DNA of 64,000 nucleotides, from positions 396,717-460,716 of the forward strand of contig CAVVKW010000004.1 of the NCBI GenBank assembly GCA_963749035.1. The letters run 5' to 3'. Of the stretch, positions 16,273 through 23,914 are shown in pieces. Position 1 is the first letter of the stretch. Each line of letters starts with the position of its first letter. The notes under the pieces are model-generated. The model worked only from the letters and a program-made list of their open reading frames with translations. It had not been told where the DNA came from and searched no databases. The stretch comes from an uncultured Verrucomicrobiae bacterium. GTDB taxonomy: Bacteria > Verrucomicrobiota > Verrucomicrobiia > Chthoniobacterales > JAATET01. The position numbers were made by a program, and so were the translations under genes.

Positions 16273-19200
16273 TTACGCCCCTTGATATTTCTTGAAGTTC
16301 TCCGCCTGCTCGAAGATCTCCTTGTAAACCTCATCGTGGGTGATCGGCGGGTAGCCGTTCTCGGCGAGGAGAATGATGAGGTCGACTTTCAGCTCGGCCT
16401 TGATGTCGGCGCGTTGGCTCCAGTCGGTGTATTTGGCTTTGTCGTCGACGACTTCCTTCACCGCCTTGGCTAGCTTGATCAGCTTGTCCTCGGAGTAGGC
16501 GAAGTCGTATTTGACCGAGATGGCTTTGAGGATGTCATAAAAGGACTTTTCTTCGAAATCGATCCCCATCTCGCCGAAGGATTCCTTCTCCCGTTTCAAG
16601 GCGTGGTAGAGGTCGACAATTTCTCCGGCGAAGTCGTCCAGCACGTTGCTGACGAGGACATCCTGCTCGTCGCGCTCGTTGTATTTGCTCACCAACGCCT
16701 GGAACTGCTTCGTAAAATCAACGCCTTTCATCTTGTTGACCTTCTGGAAGTCCTCAATGGCACGTTTCAGCAACTGCTGCAGGAGCTTAATCTTGGTATT
16801 AGGCAGTTTGATCCTCTCAATCTTGGCGAGGTAGTCATCGCCGAAGATGTCGATCTCCGTCGCACCATTCTCGCCGAGTTTGAAAATTTCCTCGATCCCG
16901 TCACTCTGCAGAGCTGCTGAGATCATCTCCCGCACCTTGGCGTTCATCTGGGCGCTGTCGGGGGCTTCGCCCTTGGTCAGCTTGGCGACGATGGAGCGCA
17001 CGGCGAGGTAGAAGTGAATGTGGTCGCGCTCCTGCTGGGTGAAGGCATCGCTGCCGCTGCAGATGTCGTAGGCGGCTTTCAGGCGCTTCACGAGGAACAT
17101 GACCCGCTTCTCGATCTTCTCGGTGAGCTGCACGAACTCCGCGGCCAAGTTCAGGCAGTGCAGTTGCTCGACGGGCGATCCGCTGAAGTAGGGCGTGGTG
17201 TCGAACTGATGGAAAATCCGCGCCAGCAGGTCGAGGTGATCCCGCACCACGATGATGGACGCCTCGATCTCTTCGATGCTGCCACTGTCCGCCTTGGAGT
17301 AGTGTGCCAGCGCTAGGTTCATCTGCTTCTTGATGCCGATGTAGTCGACGACGAGGCCCTTCTTCTTGTTCTCAAACTTCCGGTTCACCCGCGAGATCGT
17401 CTGGATCAGGTTGTGGCGCTGGACCGGCTTGTCGATGTAGATGGTGTCGAGGAAGGGCACGTCAAAGCCCGTCAGCCACATGTCCACCACAATGGCGATT
17501 TTGAAGTTGGATTCGGCCTTCTTGAACTGGGTGTCGAACTTCTTGCGCTCGTCCTTGTTGCCGAGCAGGTCGTAGAGCGCTTTCTCGTCGTCCTTGCCCC
17601 GCGTCATCACCATCTTGAGGCGCTCCATGGGGAGGATTTCTTTCTTCTGCTGGTCGCTCAGCTCCACGCCATCGGCGCAGACCCGCACCTCGGCCCACGC
17701 GGGGCGCAGCTTGATGACTTCCTGGTAAAAGGCGTAGGCGATCTGGCGACTGCTGCTGACAAAGATAGCCTTACCCGCCACGGTGGAGCCTTCCTCGACG
17801 CGCTTCTCGTAGTGCTCTACGAAATCCGCCGCCAGAGCCTCGATGCGTTGTGGATCACCGAGGATCGCGCCCATGTTGGCCATGGTTTTCTTGCTGTCTT
17901 CGATCGCGTAGTAGCTCGCTCCGGCGTCGGCGCATTTGTCGTAGTATTTCTCGATCTCCTCCAGCTTGCTGTTGTCGAGGATGACCTTGGCGGCGCGGCC
18001 TTCGTAAACGATGGGCACGGTGATCTCGTCGGCGACCGACTCGGTCATGGTGTAGCTGTCCACCACCTCGCCGAAGACATCCAGCGTCGCATCGATGGGC
18101 GTGCCAGTGAAGCCCACGTAGGTCGCGTTCGGCAGCGAGTCGTGCAGGTATTTGGCGAAGCCAAAGGTCCGCTTCACCCCGTCTTCGGTGATCCGGAGCT
18201 TCTGGTCCAGATTCACCTGGCTGCGGTGCGCCTCGTCCGAGATACAGATCACGTTGGTGCGATCAGTCAGCCGTTCGGTGTCCTCGGTGAACTTGTGAAT
18301 GGTGGTGAGAAAGACCCCGCCGCTGTTGCGTCCTTTCAAGAGCTCCCGCAGGTGATTGCGGCTCTCCACGCTGATGACCGACTCATCGCCGATGTAGCCC
18401 TTGCCATTGGTGAACAAGCCCGAGAGCTGATCATCCAGATCGGTGCGGTCGGTGATCAGGACCAGGGTCGGGCTGGAGAGAGCCACGCTCTTCATCAGCA
18501 GCCGGGCTAGGAAGAGCATGGTGTAGCTTTTGCCGCAGCCCGTCGCCCCAAAGTAGGTGCCGCCCTTGCCATCGCCTTCCGGCTTCCGATGCTGGAGGAT
18601 GTTCCGAGACAGCTTGGTCGCCGCGTAGTATTGCGGGTAGCGGCAGAGGATCTTCTCCTCCTTGCGCGAGGTGTCGGGCAGATAGACAAAGTTTCGGATG
18701 ACATCCAACAGCCGAGTCTGGTGAAACAGCCCCTTGACCATGGTATCGAGAGATTTAATCCCTTCCGCCTCCTTGAGCTCGCTGCCGTCTGTCTTCCGCC
18801 AGGCATAGAAAAATTCATAGGGAGCGAAGAACGATCCGGATTTTGTGTTCGCCCCATCTGAGATCACACAAACCGCGTTGTATTTGAACAGTTCCGGAAT
18901 ATCCCGCTTGTAACGAGTCGTGAGCTGCACGTAAGCCTCGTGGATTCTGATCTCCTCGCGGATTGCGCTCTTGAATTCAAACACCACCAGGGGCAGGCCG
19001 TTGATGTAGAGGATGCCGTCCGGGACGCGCTTTTCGTAGCCGACGATCTCCAACTGACTGACGATCTTAAAAATGTTGCCGCTCGCTCCGTAGGTCGCCG
19101 CGTCCTCCGCCACGATGGAGGGCACCTCGCCGGGCTCCGGTTCGCGAAAGGCAGCCAGCTCCGAGTAATCGATCAGCTGAATGTAGAGATCCTTCTGGGT

Positions 19201-19491
19201 GTGGTCTTCCCGCTTCAGGAGGAAGCCGTCCGAGACCAGCTTCATGATCGCCTTATTGCTCTCGTAGAGATCCGCCGCCGTGTAGGCTTCGAGCTGCTTG
19301 ATGACCGCCTCGATTTCCTGCGGCGTGATGTGGTCGGCGGAGTATTGCTTGGCGAGGAAGGAGCGGAGGTCGGCTTTGATGAGAACTTCCTGCGGCTGAC
19401 GCTCAATCGCCTCGCCCAACACGTGCGGATATCCCTCGGCTCCGAGAAGCTTGATGATCGCAGATTCGAGTTGGGCTTCGGTGAATTTCAT
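16273..19491 (-). CDS. hsdR: Type I restriction enzyme R subunit
   Basis: Start at MKFTEAQLES (the ATG overlaps the abiEii stop, ATGA). PD-ExK nuclease motif PDGILYINGLPLVVFEFKS, Walker A GATGCGKSYTM, DEAH box ICISDEAHRSQ, long helical C-terminus. Confidence 0.9.
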   Translation of the reverse strand: MKFTEAQLESAIIKLLGAEGYPHVLGEAIERQPQEVLIKADLRSFLAKQYSADHITPQEIEAVIKQLEAYTAADLYESNKAIMKLVSDGFLLKREDHTQKDLYIQLIDYSELAAFREPEPGEVPSIVAEDAATYGASGNIFKIVSQLEIVGYEKRVPDGILYINGLPLVVFEFKSAIREEIRIHEAYVQLTTRYKRDIPELFKYNAVCVISDGANTKSGSFFAPYEFFYAWRKTDGSELKEAEGIKSLDTMVKGLFHQTRLLDVIRNFVYLPDTSRKEEKILCRYPQYYAATKLSRNILQHRKPEGDGKGGTYFGATGCGKSYTMLFLARLLMKSVALSSPTLVLITDRTDLDDQLSGLFTNGKGYIGDESVISVESRNHLRELLKGRNSGGVFLTTIHKFTEDTERLTDRTNVICISDEAHRSQVNLDQKLRITEDGVKRTFGFAKYLHDSLPNATYVGFTGTPIDATLDVFGEVVDSYTMTESVADEITVPIVYEGRAAKVILDNSKLEEIEKYYDKCADAGASYYAIEDSKKTMANMGAILGDPQRIEALAADFVEHYEKRVEEGSTVAGKAIFVSSSRQIAYAFYQEVIKLRPAWAEVRVCADGVELSDQQKKEILPMERLKMVMTRGKDDEKALYDLLGNKDERKKFDTQFKKAESNFKIAIVVDMWLTGFDVPFLDTIYIDKPVQRHNLIQTISRVNRKFENKKKGLVVDYIGIKKQMNLALAHYSKADSGSIEEIEASIIVVRDHLDLLARIFHQFDTTPYFSGSPVEQLHCLNLAAEFVQLTEKIEKRVMFLVKRLKAAYDICSGSDAFTQQERDHIHFYLAVRSIVAKLTKGEAPDSAQMNAKVREMISAALQSDGIEEIFKLGENGATEIDIFGDDYLAKIERIKLPNTKIKLLQQLLKRAIEDFQKVNKMKGVDFTKQFQALVSKYNERDEQDVLVSNVLDDFAGEIVDLYHALKREKESFGEMGIDFEEKSFYDILKAISVKYDFAYSEDKLIKLAKAVKEVVDDKAKYTDWSQRADIKAELKVDLIILLAENGYPPITHDEVYKEIFEQAENFKKYQGA

Positions 19492-20387
19492 GTTGTCGCG
19501 GGGAGCCGTCGCCAATTTTCCGAGGGAACCCAGCGATGATCGGTGACGTCTCCCTTGATCACGGGTGAGAGGAACGCTGAGAGATCGCTGACGACTTCAG
19601 CGAGCGGCGTGGGATTGAGCTTTCCTTTGCGCAGGAAGGCATTCCACTGTAGAAGCTTTTGCTGATTCGTGCTGAACCTCTCGGTGAAAGCCACGGGAGG
19701 TGCTTTGGGAATATTTGCCCCCCGCCGTTCGAAGGTATTGATGACGGCTTCTGTGAGATCGTTCCCGTCGAATTCAGTGTGAGACTGAAGCCAGTGCAGG
19801 TCGAAGAAATCCTTCATCCGGCTGTTGTCGATCCCAAGAGAAACAGCCGCCTCCAGCTTCTCCGCGACTACCGTTTCGGGAGGATACACAAGCAGGCTGG
19901 CACTGGGGAAATCGAGAAGCTCGTGCCATTCCTTTTCCTCCGCAGCCGGCGTAATGGCATCGCCGAATCCCACATCGATCTGAATACCGAGGCGGGCTCC
20001 CGCGAGTCCAACGCCCACCCTGGCCCGGATCCCTCCGTATTCCATCTCTTCACGAATCGGTGCCACGGCAACCTCTTCCCACTCGAGACCATCGTCGGGA
20101 TCGATATCCATCTGAAGCAGCCCGGTGAAGATCGTGTGAATCGCCTCCTCGGTGGGTTCCCCGTATCCGAGAAGGTCCAGATCACGGGTGGGCCGATGTT
20201 CCTCCACCCCCCAAATCCGGAACAGTTGCGCCCCTTTCAACACAAAACGTTCCCGATACTCGCTCTGCGCGAGGCGATAGAGAAAGCGCCCGGTCGCATA
20301 CTGCTCCAGCAAGGCACTCAAAGGCTCTCCCTCTGCACGGGAAAGGTTGAGAAGCCTGGCGCGAACGGAAGCAGCGACGTTTTTCAT
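19488..20387 (-). CDS. abiEii: AbiEii/AbiGii-family nucleotidyltransferase toxin (type IV TA)
   Basis: 299 aa. MKNVAASVRARLLNLSRAEG.., NTase motif RPTRDLDLLGY. Confidence 0.85.
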   Translation of the reverse strand: MKNVAASVRARLLNLSRAEGEPLSALLEQYATGRFLYRLAQSEYRERFVLKGAQLFRIWGVEEHRPTRDLDLLGYGEPTEEAIHTIFTGLLQMDIDPDDGLEWEEVAVAPIREEMEYGGIRARVGVGLAGARLGIQIDVGFGDAITPAAEEKEWHELLDFPSASLLVYPPETVVAEKLEAAVSLGIDNSRMKDFFDLHWLQSHTEFDGNDLTEAVINTFERRGANIPKAPPVAFTERFSTNQQKLLQWNAFLRKGKLNPTPLAEVVSDLSAFLSPVIKGDVTDHRWVPSENWRRLPATT

Positions 20388-20989
20388 ATCATCGCCTCCA
20401 GATAGGGTCTCATCATTTTGCCGACCCGCAGAAGCCGGGCCATTTCGCTGATCTCGCTGAGCTTTGCTTTCCGTTCGTTCAGAGTCTCACGAAGCGCCTC
20501 CACGCAGACGTCGATTCCCAGCTTGTTGCGGTGTTTGAAGCAATCCGCCACCGTCCGTGCCGGGGTCGTGACGGCGACACTGGTGCCGCCGAGCGGGTGG
20601 TGTTCGACCCCCTCTGCTTCGAGCGCTTTCACCCGGGTTCGGATCACCCGGATCGGGGGCCAGTCGATCTTCGGAACCCGCGTCTGCGCCGGGAGTTGAA
20701 TCCAAATCTCATGAGGCGATTGGGTGCCAATCTCGTGAAAACGGAGCGCACTGATCAGCACGACCACAGCCCGCGGGGCGCTCTTGGTGATCTGGATCAG
20801 ATCGTGATGCTCACTGATGGCACTCTCCGGATGTTCATAAATCCCGCGCCGCACCCGAACCAGCGTTCCCTTTTCAACCAGTCGGGAAATACTCCGGTCG
20901 GAAACGCCGGCATCCAGAAGCTGCCGCGTCGTCAGCACCTCATTGGCAGAGGCGAGCGCGGAAAGCTTTTTCTGGAGCGTGGACGTCAT
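20384..20989 (-). CDS. abiEi: AbiEi-family antitoxin / transcriptional regulator
   Basis: 201 aa. N-terminal winged HTH (VLTTRQLLDAGVSDRSISRLVEKGTLVRVRRGIY). 4-nt overlap with abiEii. Confidence 0.8.
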   Translation of the reverse strand: MTSTLQKKLSALASANEVLTTRQLLDAGVSDRSISRLVEKGTLVRVRRGIYEHPESAISEHHDLIQITKSAPRAVVVLISALRFHEIGTQSPHEIWIQLPAQTRVPKIDWPPIRVIRTRVKALEAEGVEHHPLGGTSVAVTTPARTVADCFKHRNKLGIDVCVEALRETLNERKAKLSEISEMARLLRVGKMMRPYLEAMI

Positions 20990-20994
20990 TACGA

Positions 20995-21040
20995 TGTCGG
21001 AAATCGTTATACATTCTCATACATTGTACGACAATTGGCA
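20995..21040 (-). promoter_or_regulatory. Candidate abiE promoter/operator with repeated ATACATT heptamers
   Basis: cgttATACATTctcATACATTgtacgacaattg lies 10-45 bp upstream of the abiEi ATG. An AT-rich patch in an otherwise GC-rich spacer. Confidence 0.3.
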
Positions 21041-21102
21041 ACAGTAAGCCCGACGTCTTTGGTGGGCGCAAAGCGCGCCGAACCCATACTGGCAGCGGAC
21101 GA

Positions 21103-21471
21103 CACTTCGCCAGGCTCCGGCTCGCGAAAGGCAGCCAGCTCCGATTAATCGATCAACTGGATGTAGAGATCCTTCTGGGTGTGGTCCTCGCGCTTGAGGA
21201 GGAAGCCATCCGAGACCAGCTTCATGATCGCCTTGTTGCTCTCGTAGAGATCGGCGGCGGAGTAGGCTTCGAGCCGCTTGATGACCGCCGCGATTTCCTG
21301 CGGCGTGATGTGGTCGGCGGCATATTGCTTGGCGAGGAAGGCCCGCAGGTCGGCTTTGATGAGAACTTCTTGCGATTGGCGCTCAATCGCCTCGCCCAAC
21401 ACGTGCGGGTAGCCCTCGGCTCCGAGGAGCTCGATGATGGCTGATTCGAGTTGGGCTCCGGAGAATTTCAT
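21103..21471 (-). pseudogene. Duplicated 5' fragment of hsdR (first 108 codons, then an in-frame TAA)
   Basis: MKFSGAQLESAIIELLGAEGYPHVLGEAIERQSQ..LYIQLID* matches HsdR residues 1-108 at 99/108 positions. Homology continues about 14 codons past the stop and ends near 21103. Confidence 0.85.
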
Positions 21472-22340
21472 TTTTTCGGATCAACGGAGACTTCTCCGAG
21501 TTTTCGGTCATGCTTCCGTCCAGACTCGAACGCAGTGAAGCCGGGGCGCGGAGTCGTGTTTCGACTGCTGTCATAGTAAACGCTAAGAACGCCTGTTAGG
21601 AGAAACTGAAGAGCCATGTGGTTCTCTTCATCATCGTGCTCTAGCAAAACGAATTCGGCCTTGTCACATTTTCCATTGGGCCTCCGCTTGAAGATGCTCC
21701 AGTCATTGAAGCAGCCCAAGTAACCTACTAAATCCTCAAATCCACTCTGATCTCCGTATACTTCTTGGAGCTTTTCAAAAATCCAATCCTTCGTGTCCTT
21801 TTCCTTCTTTTCGATAAGCGAGGTCATCGAGATCAGGCCCAAATATGGCCGTCTTACCGATTGGCCTCCGCTATCGAAATGAACGCACAGCTCTGAAACA
21901 CGCTTCAATGCCGAGCACTCCTTTACAATATCACCGTCCCGCAGATTCTTCTTTATGGAGAAAACCGCTACCACGCCCTCTGGAGGAACTATCGCGTTTT
22001 TCTCGAAGCGTTGATAGACGGGGAATTTCGATGATTCATATACGATGATATCGAGCTGGCTGGAATGCGCGTCGTTTTCATCCTTTCGAGACCTTCCATT
22101 CAGCCCAGTTTTGACTGCTGGGCGAAGAATGAAACCAGTTAGGATTTCGAGCTCCTTAGGAAGGAACTTTCTCAGGTAAGCAGTAATCAATGACTCTACA
22201 TATCTTCCATCTTCACCTGAGTGAGCGGACCCGGATGTCTCCTTACTTGGAATCAAGATCTGAAATTGACGGTATGTGGCAAGAAGAGCCTCTATCTCAT
22301 TTGAAAAATATTCTCTTATTCGTTTTCCATCCATAGTCAT
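21468..22340 (-). CDS. Hypothetical PD-(D/E)xK-like (DUF6602-style) putative nuclease, partner of the RT
   Basis: 290 aa. GEDGRYVESLITAYLRKFLPKE .. SSQLDIIVYES .. PPEGVVAVFSIKKNL fits the restriction-endonuclease-like pattern (E .. D .. S-x-K variant). The stop overlaps the hsdR-fragment ATG (ATGA). Lower GC than the flanks. Confidence 0.55.
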   Translation of the reverse strand: MTMDGKRIREYFSNEIEALLATYRQFQILIPSKETSGSAHSGEDGRYVESLITAYLRKFLPKELEILTGFILRPAVKTGLNGRSRKDENDAHSSQLDIIVYESSKFPVYQRFEKNAIVPPEGVVAVFSIKKNLRDGDIVKECSALKRVSELCVHFDSGGQSVRRPYLGLISMTSLIEKKEKDTKDWIFEKLQEVYGDQSGFEDLVGYLGCFNDWSIFKRRPNGKCDKAEFVLLEHDDEENHMALQFLLTGVLSVYYDSSRNTTPRPGFTAFESGRKHDRKLGEVSVDPKK

Positions 22341-22408
22341 TTTTCGAATCAGAATTTGGTGAATTTGAAATTCTGTTTTTTTAGGTCAGCCAGAAAAGCT
22401 TGGCCGTT

Positions 22409-23914
22409 TCAGCGCAAGTCCGCGTCACTCCAGATTGTGTATATCAGGAGCCACTGGGCATCCTGATCTTGTTTCTCTTGGCTCTTTAGATTGTTCGCTC
22501 GTGTTCGTAGCCACTTCTTGACTTTGGTAAGACTCTTTCGGGTGGCGTATTCCCAGAGGAGGACATTACTCAGGCAGTCGTCGATCTGAATGATTGCCTT
22601 AAGTTCGTCTTCCGTGAGGTTGATTTCAAAGTCGTGTTCGATCGCGAAGTAGAGAGCGTGGGCGACCGAGTCTGGCTGAATCTTTTCAATCCCAATTTTG
22701 ATTAACTCGTTTCCAAGATCTTCGATCTGGTCATCCGTTTCGGGGTTTCGATGCTTCACGAACGCGCACTCCTCCATGATGGGAGCGAGATACGGATAGG
22801 CGAGGCAGAGGTTGGTGCCCTCAGCGGTGAACAGGCGCTTCGCTCGATCATTCAACCGCTTTGGCACCATCTTGATTGCATAGTTCAAGACAGCCGAAGT
22901 GCCATGTTGCCTGCTCAATTCGAGGGCGAGATCCAAGAATGAGCGAACAGTCGAAAAGCGAATTTCTTCTTCGGGAAACGTGAATCGATTGAGCTCGTTC
23001 ACCCAGCTAGCAGATACCGGCTGGGGAAGCTCAACGATCTGTGTTTTCTTTTCGTTGAGGTAGAGCTCATATTCGCGGAGCGCCAAATTCAGGTCTCGAA
23101 CAAACGTTTCTGCCTCCTGGTGGCTCGTTGCGTAGAACGTGTAATCGTCGATGTGGCGAGTGAGGCGGGTATAGTCCTTTTTCAGCAGAGTTTCATCAAT
23201 CCTCGTGAGGATGATTTCAGAAATCACGTTTGAAGAATGAGGGCCAATCGCTAAGCCATTGGTTTGATTGTCGGAGAGAATCTGACACGACCTATCGAGT
23301 AGATTTCCCTCCAGGAGGAGGTCGCGATTTCTCTTCGCATTGGCTTTCCCATGAATCGCCCAAGGAATTGAATGGGTGTAGATGCTCGGAAAGCACTTGG
23401 AAATATCAGCCTTAACCAAATGGGTTGCCCCGGTTTGATAGCCGATTTCATCTTCCTCCACCTCGAAGCGTTCCAAGCCTTTGTAGTTCATCTTGAAGAC
23501 GCGGTCTTTGCTCGTTTGCCGAACGAAGATGCGGCTGATCGGCTTTGAGGGCTTGGCGCAATGAGTTTTGATTTTCTGCCAGCACCTCTTGATTGCAAGG
23601 CAGTGCGCTAAGTAACTTTCCGGGTGGGGTATCGCTAAATGGCGAGGAATATTGATGTCTCGCAACGACTGGTATCGGATCTGTGAATGAATGACTTTCT
23701 CAAAGTGTTCTTTGAGCTGATTCGAGTCAGTTTCTGTTTCGATCTTTGCCAGAGCTGCATTGACGTGAGCTGACAGGCCTTCCGAGGTGAAGCACGGCGG
23801 GATCTTCTCAGCGAACAGACCGAATTCGGTGAGTCCTTCAAAGACTCCCTCTGCGCTTAAGTCGCGCCCGGTCGTTTGGCGAAGAATCGCCGAAAAGTTC
23901 AAGGTGGGACTCAT
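22409..23914 (-). CDS. Abi/UG-type (defence-associated) reverse transcriptase with a helical C-terminal domain
   Basis: 501 aa. RT motifs: INIPRHLAIPHPESY (1/2), LVKADISKCFPSIYTHSI (A), NGLAIGPHSSNVISEIIL (B), LTRHIDDYTFYATS (C, xxDD), YELYLNEKKTQI (D). About 200 aa of helical C-terminal region. No En/X/maturase features. The ATG overlaps the hsdS stop (ATGA). Confidence 0.8.
   Translation of the reverse strand: MSPTLNFSAILRQTTGRDLSAEGVFEGLTEFGLFAEKIPPCFTSEGLSAHVNAALAKIETETDSNQLKEHFEKVIHSQIRYQSLRDINIPRHLAIPHPESYLAHCLAIKRCWQKIKTHCAKPSKPISRIFVRQTSKDRVFKMNYKGLERFEVEEDEIGYQTGATHLVKADISKCFPSIYTHSIPWAIHGKANAKRNRDLLLEGNLLDRSCQILSDNQTNGLAIGPHSSNVISEIILTRIDETLLKKDYTRLTRHIDDYTFYATSHQEAETFVRDLNLALREYELYLNEKKTQIVELPQPVSASWVNELNRFTFPEEEIRFSTVRSFLDLALELSRQHGTSAVLNYAIKMVPKRLNDRAKRLFTAEGTNLCLAYPYLAPIMEECAFVKHRNPETDDQIEDLGNELIKIGIEKIQPDSVAHALYFAIEHDFEINLTEDELKAIIQIDDCLSNVLLWEYATRKSLTKVKKWLRTRANNLKSQEKQDQDAQWLLIYTIWSDADLR

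Noticed and set aside
16098-16334. 78-aa minus-strand ORF in the gap between the lysozyme-like gene and hsdR (..FIRAVEVELLSHYDGAIARNRLTPF..).
   Set aside because: It overlaps the 3' end of hsdR and has no start context or recognisable family. It probably reads through a repeat-core copy (GTGAATGGGGTCAG) and gene debris, so it is not called as a gene.
22409-23914. RT as a retron or group II intron RT.
   Set aside because: There is no upstream non-coding region for msr/msd, because the ATG overlaps the hsdS stop. The protein has no maturase X or En domain, and there are no intron-like flanking structured RNA domains. The motif pattern (HIDDY plus a helical C-terminal domain) fits Abi/UG-type RTs better.
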